DNA of 64,000 nucleotides. Source: Planctomycetota bacterium (GTDB lineage: Bacteria; Planctomycetota; SZUA-567; H5-PLA8). The stretch's first letter is position 1; every line of letters starts with the position of its first letter. Under the pieces are notes generated by a model. It was not told the origin of the DNA, did not search any database, and saw only the letters and a list, made by a program, of their open reading frames with translations. The DNA is taken from assembly GCA_045863855.1 (NCBI GenBank), contig BTVV01000019.1, forward strand, positions 11,325-75,324. The letters are read 5' to 3'. Both the position numbers and the translations under genes were made by a program. Below, piece after piece: positions 18,176 through 27,717 of the stretch.

Positions 18176-19546
18176 ATGTTGGGTTACATGCGAAATTTGC
18201 GTTCGACGGGCTGGGTTTCGTGCGCCTTGGCGGGTGTGTTGTGCTTAAGCGCCGCAGGGGAGGAAAAGGCGGTTCCCGCGGCAGATCCGCCGCCCCGGCA
18301 TACTCCAACGGATGCGCAAGCCGAACCGGCTGCCGCACCGACGCCGGCCCCTGCCCCCACTCCGGCTCCCGCGCCGGTGACGCCGCCTTTGGTGGCGGCG
18401 CCGAAGCCTCCGGCAGAACCCGCGGGCCGGAAGGTCCCGCCGCTCTCCAAGGAAATCACCGAACGGACGCACCCGCGCTATTTGATGGATCTGGCCGACG
18501 TGGAGCTGCGGTACAACTCGCTGGAGCGCGCGGAAGAACTGCTGAAGCGGGCGCTCGAGTTCAGCGCGCGAGAAGAGGACAAGTTGCTGGCGCAGAGCAA
18601 GCTGGCGGGGCTTTTGGAACGTCTCCAGGACTGGCCGGCGGCGATCGATCTGTACGAAAAGCTGGTGGAATCGGAAAAGAACGCGGGGCAAAAGGCCAAT
18701 TATGCGATGCGCTTGGCGCAGATGTATATGCGCGGCGAACAGTACGATAAGGCCGAAGCGCTGCTGACGCCTCTGGCCGGGGCGGCTCCGGCGGGTGAAC
18801 AGCCCGGGCAGAACGACTGGATCCCGCGTCTTGCGAACGAACGCTTGATGCAGGTTTGGAAGAATCAGCCTGGCCGCTTGGAAGCGATCGTCAAGGAGTG
18901 CGAAGATAAGCTGGCCCAGGATCCCAAGGACATCGCGACGCTGGAGAAGCTTTCGAATCTGTACGGCTCGGCCAAACGCGACCCGGCGAAGTCGACGGAG
19001 ATCCTGCAGAAGCTGGTGGAACTGAAGCCCGACGATCTGGATGCTCGCGACAAGCTCGCGGCGTCGTTGCAGGCCGCCGGAAATCTGGACGGCGCGCTGG
19101 TGCAGTACAAAAAGCTGCTGGAAGCCAAGCCCGGCCCGGAAGGCGCGCGCTTCTCGTACCGCGCGGGACAGATGCTTCTACAAGCCAACCGCAAGGACGA
19201 AGCGGTGGCGCTGGTGAAAGAGCATCTCGACCAGCCCGACGCGCCGGTGGGGAACTTAAACATGCTGGCGGCCTTCTACACGCAGGCGCAGATGACGGAA
19301 CAGGCCGAAGGCGTGTACCTGAAGCTCGCCGAAAAGGCGACGCAGCCGGCGCAGCGCGCGGACTTCCTGCTGCGCGTGGCCGACATGGCGCGGCAGGCGA
19401 AGAACTACGACCGCAGCGAACAGCAGCTGCGCGCGATCCTCGAGCAGTTCAAAGACAATCCCTCGGTCAAAGCGCGGGCGAACCGGTCGCTGGTGCAGCT
19501 CTACGAAGAACAAGGGAAGGTCGGCGAGTTGAAGATCGAAAAGTAG
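18176..19546 (+). CDS. Secreted tetratricopeptide repeat protein
   Basis: Signal peptide, Pro/Ala linker, many TPR-like helical pairs (e.g. LAQMYMRGEQYDKAEALL). Confidence 0.85.
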   Translation: MLGYMRNLRSTGWVSCALAGVLCLSAAGEEKAVPAADPPPRHTPTDAQAEPAAAPTPAPAPTPAPAPVTPPLVAAPKPPAEPAGRKVPPLSKEITERTHPRYLMDLADVELRYNSLERAEELLKRALEFSAREEDKLLAQSKLAGLLERLQDWPAAIDLYEKLVESEKNAGQKANYAMRLAQMYMRGEQYDKAEALLTPLAGAAPAGEQPGQNDWIPRLANERLMQVWKNQPGRLEAIVKECEDKLAQDPKDIATLEKLSNLYGSAKRDPAKSTEILQKLVELKPDDLDARDKLAASLQAAGNLDGALVQYKKLLEAKPGPEGARFSYRAGQMLLQANRKDEAVALVKEHLDQPDAPVGNLNMLAAFYTQAQMTEQAEGVYLKLAEKATQPAQRADFLLRVADMARQAKNYDRSEQQLRAILEQFKDNPSVKARANRSLVQLYEEQGKVGELKIEK

Positions 19547-19597
19547 TTCGATTACGGTGTACGGCAAACCGATTGCCGCCGTGGACGGGGAGTCTGC

Positions 19598-20401
19598 ATG
19601 GCAGGCTGGTTTTTTTCGATTCGAGGCAAGGCGCCGCGTGCGACGGGCGTGCTGCTGGGTTTGGTCCCGGTAGCGGCGCTCCTGGGTTTGTGGTTCGTGC
19701 TGACACACGGCGAAGTGGAAGAGCGCTCGATCAGCCCGACGATCCTGCCAAGCCCCTCGGAAGTCTGGTCGCAGATCCCGGCCTTACGCGACCGCGAGCT
19801 GATCAAGCACACGCTGGCAAGCTTGAAGCGCGTGGGCTTGGGCTACCTGCTGGCGCTGGCGGTCACCTTTCCGCTGGGCGTGCTGATTGGGTCCTTCGGC
19901 AGCGCGCGCGCCCTCTTCAACCCGGCCATGACCGCCAGCGGGTACATTCCCATCGCGACCCTGGTGCCGCTGACGATGAGCTGGTTCGGGACCGGCGAGC
20001 AGATGAAGATCATCTTCCTGGCGCTGGCCTTCGCGATCTACATGCTGCCCCTGTTCGTGAACGCCATCGACGCGGTGCCGGACGTGTATTTGCGCACGGC
20101 GGCGACGCTGGGCGCGAGCCGCTGGGACCAGGTCTGGAGCGTGCTGATTCCGGTGGCGCTGCCGGATATCTGGAACGCGATGCGCCTGGCCTTCGGCGTG
20201 GGCTGGACGTACTTGGTGCTGGCCGAAGTGGTAGTGCTGGACGACGGGCTGGGCTACTTGGTCGAATTCTCGCGCCGGCGCGGCCCGCGAGAGCACATCT
20301 ACCTGATCATTGTGGTGATCACGCTGATTGCCTGGGTGGTGGACTTGGCCTGGGCGAACTTAGGCAAGGTCCTGTTCCCCTATCGGAGCGATCGGCGATG
20401 A
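19598..20401 (+). CDS. ABC transporter permease (NitT/TauT/SsuC type)
   Basis: ILPSPSEV, SLKRVGLGY, EAA-like loop AATLGASRWD, GVGWTYLVLAE. Confidence 0.92.
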   Translation: MAGWFFSIRGKAPRATGVLLGLVPVAALLGLWFVLTHGEVEERSISPTILPSPSEVWSQIPALRDRELIKHTLASLKRVGLGYLLALAVTFPLGVLIGSFGSARALFNPAMTASGYIPIATLVPLTMSWFGTGEQMKIIFLALAFAIYMLPLFVNAIDAVPDVYLRTAATLGASRWDQVWSVLIPVALPDIWNAMRLAFGVGWTYLVLAEVVVLDDGLGYLVEFSRRRGPREHIYLIIVVITLIAWVVDLAWANLGKVLFPYRSDRR

Positions 20402-21249
20402 GCGAGATCAAGGCTCCGCGCACCGGACTTCCGGGATCGGTTGCGACGCCGATCGTCGAATGCCGCAACGTTACCTTAAGCTTCGGAACCTTTACCGCGC
20501 TTCTGGATTTGAACCTGAAGGTTGAAGATCACCTTGGCAAGGGTGAGTTCATCACCATCGTGGGGCCTTCGGGCTGCGGTAAATCGACGTATCTGAACCT
20601 CGTGGCGGGTTTCCTGAAGCCGACCGCAGGCGAAGTGCTGGTGCGCGGCGAGCCGGTCAAGAGCCCCGGGCGCGACCGAGGCTTCATCTTCCAGCAGTAC
20701 AGTTCCTTCCCGCACCTGACGGTGCGCCAAAACGTCCAGTTCGGCCTGAATCTGAACTGGAGCGAGATGGGGATGACGGCGGCCGAGCAGCGCGACCGCG
20801 TGGAAGACTTGATCGCGACGGTTGGCTTGGCCGATCACGCGAAGAAGTATCCGCACCAATTGAGCGGCGGGCAGCAACAGCGGGTGGCCATCGCGCGTTC
20901 GCTGGCCATGGAACCGCGCATCTTGCTGATGGACGAGCCGTTCTCGGCGCTGGACGAACCGACGCGCCTGGACATGCAGGAACTGGTGCTGAAACTCTGG
21001 TCGCGCATTCACCCGACGGTCTTCTGCATCACGCACAGCATCACGGAAGCGGTGTACCTGGGCGAACATGTCTGGATCTTCAGCAACGCGCCAGGGCAGA
21101 TCGCGTACGACATTCGCGAAGGCATCCCGGCCACGCTGGACGTTCCGCCACTGGAAGCGCAGGAAAAGCCGGCCTTTAAGGAAGCGGTACGAGCGGTCAC
21201 GGAGGCGTTTCGGCGGGTGAGCGAAGGCGCGCACCCGAAACGGGCCTAA
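20398..21249 (+). CDS. ABC transporter ATP-binding protein (NitT/TauT type)
   Basis: GPSGCGKST, LSGGQQQR, LLMDEPFSALD, ITHS; ATGA overlap with the permease stop. Confidence 0.93.
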   Translation: MSEIKAPRTGLPGSVATPIVECRNVTLSFGTFTALLDLNLKVEDHLGKGEFITIVGPSGCGKSTYLNLVAGFLKPTAGEVLVRGEPVKSPGRDRGFIFQQYSSFPHLTVRQNVQFGLNLNWSEMGMTAAEQRDRVEDLIATVGLADHAKKYPHQLSGGQQQRVAIARSLAMEPRILLMDEPFSALDEPTRLDMQELVLKLWSRIHPTVFCITHSITEAVYLGEHVWIFSNAPGQIAYDIREGIPATLDVPPLEAQEKPAFKEAVRAVTEAFRRVSEGAHPKRA

Positions 21250-21302
21250 CCCCGGTTTCCCTGCACGTGGCAATAGCCGGTCCGGGCCTTAGAATGCAGC
21301 GC

Positions 21303-22157
21303 ATGAAACCGGGCTTCTGGGATTACGTCAAAGCGGCCTTCAACGCGCGCCCCGCGGGCATGTTTGTGCCGCCAAACTGGGTGGGCTTGGGAGCCTTCGG
21401 ACTGTTGGGCTTGGTCAATCCGGGTTTCTGGGTCATCGGCGCCGGCCTGGAACTGGGCTACCTCTACACCCTTGGGACGAACAAACGCTTCCAGCGCGTG
21501 GTGGACGCGAATGCGCTTAAAAAGAGCCAGAAGTCCTGGATCGACCGCAAAAACGATCTGCTCGGGCGGCTCGACGGCGAAAGCCGGGCATTGTACCGGC
21601 GGCTGGAAGAGCGCTGCCAGACGATCCTGAGCCAGTCGTACGGCGGGACGGCGGCGCCCTCGACAAGCTTGAAAGCTCAGAGCGACGGGCTGGCCCGGCT
21701 GCTCTGGATCTACCTCAAATTGCTGTTCACGCGGCAGCAGATCCGGCACGGCGTGCTGAACGAATCCTCGGGCGACCGCGACGAGATCAAGCAGCGCATC
21801 GCGGACTTGGAGACAAAGCTGAAAGACGAAAATCTCGCCGATAATCTCAAGAAAAGCCTGAGCGGCCAGATGGAAATTCTGCAGCAGCGCCTGACCAAAC
21901 GCGAAGAAGCGCAGGAGAAGCTGGACTTTCTGGACGCCGAACTAACCCGCATCGAAGAACAGGCGGAACTGATTCGCGAACAGGCGGTGCTGAGCACCGA
22001 TCCGGACTCGGTCTCGAACCGGATCGACGAAGTCACGGCGGCGCTGGACGGCACGGCGAGTTGGATTCAACAGCAGCAGAAACTGTACGGCGCGGTGGAA
22101 GACCTGATGGTGGATGCGCCCCCGATCTCGGTCGGCCCGGTGGCGGAGGAAGCCTGA
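21303..22157 (+). CDS. Membrane-anchored coiled-coil protein, translationally coupled to the AAA ATPase
   Basis: N-terminal hydrophobic hairpin then a long charged helical region; TGATG overlap with next gene; start could be 21294. Confidence 0.8.
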   Translation: MKPGFWDYVKAAFNARPAGMFVPPNWVGLGAFGLLGLVNPGFWVIGAGLELGYLYTLGTNKRFQRVVDANALKKSQKSWIDRKNDLLGRLDGESRALYRRLEERCQTILSQSYGGTAAPSTSLKAQSDGLARLLWIYLKLLFTRQQIRHGVLNESSGDRDEIKQRIADLETKLKDENLADNLKKSLSGQMEILQQRLTKREEAQEKLDFLDAELTRIEEQAELIREQAVLSTDPDSVSNRIDEVTAALDGTASWIQQQQKLYGAVEDLMVDAPPISVGPVAEEA

Positions 22158-23890
22158 TGAGCGGCGAACTGGCGGGCTGGGCGGAGGAGATGCGTTCGCT
22201 GTTCCGTTCGGGGAGCGTGGCGCAGTTCATCCTGCACGGCAACATCTTCGACCTCTTCCCCGCCCCGGGCGGCGCCAAGCGCACACTCTCCTTGAAGCAA
22301 TACCTCCAGGAAGTGATGTTCGGCGGCTACGATACGATCCTGACCTACGACCGCGGCAAGGGCGTGCGGGCGGTGAAGGGCGGCGAGGACTGGGGCGAGT
22401 GGCTGGAGCAGTTGACCGGCGAGGAAGACAAGCTCTCGGTGGCGCAGCTTCGTGACAGCTACCGCGCACTGGAGCTGATCGACCGCTATCTGCTGCGAAC
22501 CATGAACCTGCAGGCGCTGACCAAGGGCAAAGCGCAGAAGGTGCCCACTAAAATCGCGGTCCTGATCGAATTCGCGGAGTTCGTCGCGCCGCGCGGCGAT
22601 CCGTTGCAGCTTTCGGGCAACTTCAGCACCAACATCGTCAAGATCTTGGGCTGGGCGAACGATCCGGCAATCCTGCAGTGCAACATCGCGACGGTGCTGC
22701 TCACCGAGGGTTTGCACGATCTGAACGAGCTGCTGGTGGAGAACCCGCACGCCTCGAAACTGCACGTACCCCTGCCCGACGAACGGGAGATGAAGGAATA
22801 CCTCGAGGTCATGACCGAGACCCAGTTCCCGGCGCTGCCCTCGAAATGCGAAGTCCCCATGGATGCGCTGGCGCAGCGGATGACCGGCTTGAGCCGCGTC
22901 GGGGCGCGCACGGTCCTGGCCACCGCGCTGAACAACGACAAGCCGATCACCGCAAAGTGGCTCTCGAACATGAAGAAGGAGATGATCGAGCGCGAATGTG
23001 CGGGGCTTCTGGAGTTCATCGAGTCGGATTGGACGCTGGAGCACGTGGCGGGGCTGGACGCGGCGAAGCAGTGGCTGCGCGAGGACGGCGAACTGCTGCG
23101 TAAGCAGAAACTCCATGCGCTGCCGATGGGCTACCTCATCGCGGGGCGAATCGGGACCGGCAAAACGTTTCTGGTGCGCTGCTGGGCGGGCGAACTGGGC
23201 ATCCCGTGCGTGGTCTTCAAAAACTTCCGCGACCGCTGGGTGGGTGCGACGGAATCGAACCTCGAGAAGATTTTCGGCATTCTGCGTGCGCTGGGGCAGG
23301 TGCTGGTCTTCGTCGACGAAGCCGACCAGGCCGCGGGCAAGCGCGAGGGCGGCAGCGGCGACAGCGGCCTGTCGGGCCGCGTGTATTCGATGCTCGCGAA
23401 AGAGATGTCGGACACCGCCAATCGCGGCAAGATCGTCTGGATCTTCGCCACCAGCCGTCCGGACCTGCTGGAAGTGGACCTGAAGCGTCAGGGCCGCCTG
23501 GACGTCCATATCCCGCTCTTCGCGCCGCAGACGGCCGACGAGATGAAAGTGCTTCTGAGCGCGGTGGCGAAGAAGCTCAAGTTCCCGCTCAAGACCGAAG
23601 ACCTGCCGGATCTGCCAGAAGGCCTGCAGTTGGGCGGCAACGAGCTGGAAGGCATACTGGTCCGTGCGCTGCGCGTGTACGAACTGTCGGAGCCCAAGAA
23701 GCCGCTGAAAGAAATCCTGGGCGACGTGATCAAGGAAGTGCGTCCCAGCGCGCATTCGCGCAAACTGGAATACATGGATCTGGTGGCGGTCAAAGAATGC
23801 ACGGACTCGCGATTCCTCCCCGAGCGCTTCCAGAAACTCTCTCCGGAAGAATTGGAATTCCGAATCGACGAACTGCGCCGATTTGTATAA
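22157..23890 (+). CDS. AAA+ ATPase with an N-terminal degenerate AAA-like domain
   Basis: Walker A GRIGTGKT, pore loop RWVGATE, Walker B VFVDEAD, sensor/arginine finger ATSRPDLL..DLKRQGRLD. Confidence 0.92.
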   Translation: MSGELAGWAEEMRSLFRSGSVAQFILHGNIFDLFPAPGGAKRTLSLKQYLQEVMFGGYDTILTYDRGKGVRAVKGGEDWGEWLEQLTGEEDKLSVAQLRDSYRALELIDRYLLRTMNLQALTKGKAQKVPTKIAVLIEFAEFVAPRGDPLQLSGNFSTNIVKILGWANDPAILQCNIATVLLTEGLHDLNELLVENPHASKLHVPLPDEREMKEYLEVMTETQFPALPSKCEVPMDALAQRMTGLSRVGARTVLATALNNDKPITAKWLSNMKKEMIERECAGLLEFIESDWTLEHVAGLDAAKQWLREDGELLRKQKLHALPMGYLIAGRIGTGKTFLVRCWAGELGIPCVVFKNFRDRWVGATESNLEKIFGILRALGQVLVFVDEADQAAGKREGGSGDSGLSGRVYSMLAKEMSDTANRGKIVWIFATSRPDLLEVDLKRQGRLDVHIPLFAPQTADEMKVLLSAVAKKLKFPLKTEDLPDLPEGLQLGGNELEGILVRALRVYELSEPKKPLKEILGDVIKEVRPSAHSRKLEYMDLVAVKECTDSRFLPERFQKLSPEELEFRIDELRRFV

Positions 23891-23976
23891 CGAAATGCGC
23901 GGGCGGGGGCCGCCGGCGGTGTAATCCGGGTAGCGCGGCGTAACGGCTGAATCGAGAACCCCGGGAAGCCCATGCT

Positions 23977-26799
23977 ATGAAGCCGATGACCTGCTGGACG
24001 TTGATATGCGCGTTGCCCGCCTTGGCGCTGGCCGCACATGAAGAGGCTTCGCTGATCGATGGCGCTCAGCCCTTGGGCGGGTGGAGTTTCCTGAACGGCC
24101 CCGAATTCCCGGGCGCCAAGGGCGAACTGGCGCTGCTGCCGGACGCCGCGGGGGACGGGCAACCCGGATTGAAGCTTTCCGGCGATTTCACCGGCGGCGG
24201 AAATTACGTGCAAGCCACCCGGGAGTTCAAGAGCGCCGGGGCGGAGCGGCTTTCCTTCAAGCTCAAGGCGCCGGGCACCACGAAGCTGACCATCCGGCTG
24301 ATCGACGACAGCCAGCAATGCCACCAGATCGATCTGAAGTTCGAGCCGCGCGACGACTGGCGCGAGATCGATTTCCCCTTGGCTGAATTCTTCAAACGCA
24401 TGGGCACTTCGGCCGCGGTGCCGAACGTTTCGCGCTACGAGAAATGGGGCGGCAAAAACGATGGCAAATTCCACGCTCCGGCCCGCGCGATGGGCATTCT
24501 GGTGAGCAAACATACGAAGCCCAACGACCTGAAGCCCGTGATAGAACTGAGCGGCATCCGCATCCTGGGCGCGGCTTCGGCGTATGCGGAGAATTTCGAA
24601 TCGGCCGCGGCGCTGCCGCAAGGCTGGTCGGCCAAGGGCGCAGTCTCGGTTGAGGCAGTAGGCGCACCCCAAGGCAAGCATGCGCTCAAGTTGAGCCGCG
24701 CGCTCGAAAATTTGCAGGACGAGACCGGCGCCGTCGCCGCGGCCTTCACGGCCGCACCAGGCTTTTGGGCGATTCGCGGAACAACCCGGACGGAACTGAA
24801 TTCGCCGGACAGTTCGTACAACCTGACGGTCGGTGTGGAGGCGCTCAAAACCGGGGGCGGCGTGATCGAGACGCTGGCGGTGCACGAGCCCTTCGGCAGG
24901 ACGAGTTGGACGGCGTTCGAGAAGAAAGTCGAATTGCCCGCGGGTACCGCGGCGGCACGCCTGACCGTGCGCTTGAACAAGGCCGATGGCGCGGCGTGGA
25001 TCGACGAACTGTCGGTTGCGCCGATCGCGCAGGATTACGAAAAGCGAGTGGAGCGGATCGTGATCTCTTCAGGGCGGCTTGGACACCTTTTTCTGCCCGA
25101 CGACAAGCCGGTATTCCAAGTGCAGGTGGAGACCGTACGCGCGTTGCGCGAGCCCGAAGCGCGGCTGTCGTTCGCGGTGCTGGATTATTGGGGCGCTGAG
25201 CAGGCCGCTTCCGCAGAAACGAAACTCATCGAAAAGCAAAAGACGGGGCAGAACGTGACGTACTCCGCCGAGGTGGACCTTTCCGGATTACCGCTGGAAG
25301 TAGGCCGCTACTACGAATTGCACCTCGGCGTGCCGCGCGAAAAGGGGCCGGAAGAAACCGAATACGCCGGCTTCGCGAAGCTGCCTGAGGCCGTTACGGC
25401 AAAGCACAAACCGGAGGATCTGCCGTTCACGATCCGCAACTGGGACAATCGCGTGCCAGACTATCTGCGCCTTTCGGCGCGTTTGGGCATCCGAACCATC
25501 GGGCTCTGGTGCGGCTGGGACTCGAAGGCGCCGTACAAGCCGAACGCGCCCTGCCTGGACTTGTGCCAGGAACTCGGTGCACGCTGGATCTCCACGACTC
25601 CGGCGGCTTCGGTGGAGCGCGTGGGGTTCAAGGAGTACGACGAGACGGCGTTGCGCGAAGGGATGCGGAATTTCCTTAAGACGTTCGGCGACAAAAAACC
25701 GTACCTTATCGCGCTGGGCAACGAACCCCATGGCAAACTGGAGAAGGTAAAGGAGAATGTCCGCGCCTATCGGATTCTCTACGAAGCGATCAAGGCGCAC
25801 GATCCGGAAATCTTCGTGATCGGCACCTCGGTGGAACCGAACGAAGACTACTTCAATCTCGGCTACTACAAATACCTCGACGCCTACGATTTCCACATTT
25901 ACGAGCATCACACCAACGTGCGCAAGACGATGCAGGCCTACAAAAATTTGATGGAGCGACATAACGCGGTGAAACCGCTGTACTCGACGGAACTGGGCCT
26001 AAACAGCCAGGGTCAGCCGCGCCACGACGTGGCGGTAAGCCTGGTGAAAAAGCTGACGGTCTTCTTCGCGGAGGGCGGCGCGAACGTCTCCTGGTTCACG
26101 ATCAATTACCCCGATCCGAAAGGCAAAGCGCGCGGCTCGTCGGGCGACTCGCACTGCGTATTCGACTGCAAGTACAGCAAATACAATCCGCGCCTCGACG
26201 CGGTGATGTACTACTGGATGGTGAACGGGATCGAGGTCAAGAAATTCGTGCAAGAGCGCGTGTACGCGGACGGAACCGAAGCCTACCTGTTTCGAGATGC
26301 GGAAGGCCAGTGCCTGCAGATTCTATGGAACGAGAAAGCTGCGCCGGTCGTGGCGCTGGGGCTGCCCGGGGTGGCCCGTGCCGAACTGATTCGCATCGAC
26401 GGCAGCCGCGCCGAGTTAAAGCCTTTGGACGGAAAGCTGAATGTAGGCGTGTCGAACGAGCCGGTTTTGCTGCGCTACATCCAGAAGGACGGAGCGCTGG
26501 CCGAGACTTTGGGCGAGCCGGCGTTTAAAGCGGTTCCGCCGCCCAAGGCGCTGGCGAAGGGACAAACGCATGCGTTCGTACTGGAAGGCGCGAAGCTCGC
26601 GCCGGCGCAATTCCGGGCCATCGCGCCGCCGCTTTGGAAAACGGAGCTGAACGCGAAGGAAGGCGGCGGTGTCGAATGCCGCTTGGAGATTCCGGCGGAT
26701 ACCCGGGCGCGCGAAGCGCGAATCACGCTTCAGTACGTCCCGTCCGATGCCGCGATGGCGGGCGAAGCCACGCTAACGTTGCCTTTGGGCGGTCCGTGA
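23977..26799 (+). CDS. Large secreted glycoside hydrolase (clan GH-A-like) with N-terminal CBM-like modules
   Basis: Signal peptide; LGNEPH (acid/base), DFHIY, YSTELG (nucleophile); two jelly-roll-like N-terminal regions. Confidence 0.7.
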   Translation: MKPMTCWTLICALPALALAAHEEASLIDGAQPLGGWSFLNGPEFPGAKGELALLPDAAGDGQPGLKLSGDFTGGGNYVQATREFKSAGAERLSFKLKAPGTTKLTIRLIDDSQQCHQIDLKFEPRDDWREIDFPLAEFFKRMGTSAAVPNVSRYEKWGGKNDGKFHAPARAMGILVSKHTKPNDLKPVIELSGIRILGAASAYAENFESAAALPQGWSAKGAVSVEAVGAPQGKHALKLSRALENLQDETGAVAAAFTAAPGFWAIRGTTRTELNSPDSSYNLTVGVEALKTGGGVIETLAVHEPFGRTSWTAFEKKVELPAGTAAARLTVRLNKADGAAWIDELSVAPIAQDYEKRVERIVISSGRLGHLFLPDDKPVFQVQVETVRALREPEARLSFAVLDYWGAEQAASAETKLIEKQKTGQNVTYSAEVDLSGLPLEVGRYYELHLGVPREKGPEETEYAGFAKLPEAVTAKHKPEDLPFTIRNWDNRVPDYLRLSARLGIRTIGLWCGWDSKAPYKPNAPCLDLCQELGARWISTTPAASVERVGFKEYDETALREGMRNFLKTFGDKKPYLIALGNEPHGKLEKVKENVRAYRILYEAIKAHDPEIFVIGTSVEPNEDYFNLGYYKYLDAYDFHIYEHHTNVRKTMQAYKNLMERHNAVKPLYSTELGLNSQGQPRHDVAVSLVKKLTVFFAEGGANVSWFTINYPDPKGKARGSSGDSHCVFDCKYSKYNPRLDAVMYYWMVNGIEVKKFVQERVYADGTEAYLFRDAEGQCLQILWNEKAAPVVALGLPGVARAELIRIDGSRAELKPLDGKLNVGVSNEPVLLRYIQKDGALAETLGEPAFKAVPPPKALAKGQTHAFVLEGAKLAPAQFRAIAPPLWKTELNAKEGGGVECRLEIPADTRAREARITLQYVPSDAAMAGEATLTLPLGGP

Positions 26800-26874
26800 A
26801 ACACCGATCGGTTCTTGGCCAACGGCCGCGCACGGCATAGGGTTTAGGGCCAAATCGCATCGAGGAGCTTCGCC

Positions 26875-27537
26875 ATGTCCTTGTCCGACAAGCTTTTTGC
26901 CTTGGGCGGAAAGCTCGGCATTTTAAAAGTATCGGCTCCCAAAGTAGCCGCTGCGCAGCAAGCGGGCCCCGTGAAGTTGCAGATGCGTACCATCACGCTG
27001 GCGGAGTTGTCGCGCGAAGTGAATGCTCCGGGCTTGCAACACTTGGCCCAGCAGCCCGATTTCCTCGCCGCGCCGCTATCCGATATCTACGTGGCGGCGG
27101 GGCTGCATCCGCCTGAAAACGGATGGGGCGTGGAGCGCCTGACCGAACATCTGAAAAGCCCGGCTTTGAATGGACTTTCGCGCGCCGAGGTTCAGGCCGA
27201 ACTGTCGGGCATGTTCGTCTCTCCGGCGTCGGTGGAGGACGTGCTGCGCGAAGCCTTGGGGCGCGACCAGGCGCTGGACCGCTTCGAGGCCGTGGCCAAG
27301 CAGAAGCTCGAAGAACGCGCGGCTCGGCGCGCAAAGGAAGTAGCCGACCTGGAGCAGCGCATCGTCGAGTTGCAGGCGGCGCTGGGCAAACTCAAGCAGG
27401 AAGCCGCTGCGGCGGCGGCGCTCGATGCCGAACACTGGAACGCTTGGTTGGCGGCTAAAGATGCGGCTGAGGCGGAACTGGAGTGGACCGTTAGCTTCCT
27501 GACCGAAAAGCCCATTGTCACGAGAAACGGCTCTTGA
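26875..27537 (+). CDS. Hypothetical coiled-coil protein upstream of pspA
   Basis: GAGGAG RBS; amphipathic N-terminus, DIYVAAGL.PP..GW.VE, RDQALDRFE, long heptad helix. Confidence 0.75.
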   Translation: MSLSDKLFALGGKLGILKVSAPKVAAAQQAGPVKLQMRTITLAELSREVNAPGLQHLAQQPDFLAAPLSDIYVAAGLHPPENGWGVERLTEHLKSPALNGLSRAEVQAELSGMFVSPASVEDVLREALGRDQALDRFEAVAKQKLEERAARRAKEVADLEQRIVELQAALGKLKQEAAAAAALDAEHWNAWLAAKDAAEAELEWTVSFLTEKPIVTRNGS

Positions 27538-27648
27538 CCGAACCGACCGGCCTTGGATTTCAGCCCGGGTTCGCCGAAAGCCTTAAATCTCTATTCTGAT
27601 ACATAGTGCGGACCCGCAGGACCGGCTAAAAGGTGGGGCCGGAAAGGC

Positions 27649-27677
27649 TTGTGAGCGGCGCACCGGCTGGCTACAAT
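27649..27677 (+). promoter_or_regulatory. Sigma70-like promoter upstream of pspA
   Basis: TTGTGA-N17-TACAAT, 40 nt before ATG 27718. Confidence 0.5.
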
Positions 27678-27717
27678 GCCTGCATTGCTGCTTACTCGAA
27701 GAAGGAATACAAGCGCC

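Noticed and set aside
18325..18425. DNA repeat in the TPR gene
   Set aside because: Encodes an ordinary Pro/Ala/Thr linker.
19573..20397. Long N-terminal extension of the ABC ATPase in the ORF track
   Set aside because: Overlaps the permease in another frame; the real start is the coupled ATG at 20398. The same logic applies to the extensions at 38155, 43607 and 54727.
27587..27614. dif-like site (GATACA-TAGTGCGGACC resembles the spacer and XerC arm)
   Set aside because: The normally best-conserved XerD arm matches only 4 of 11 positions.
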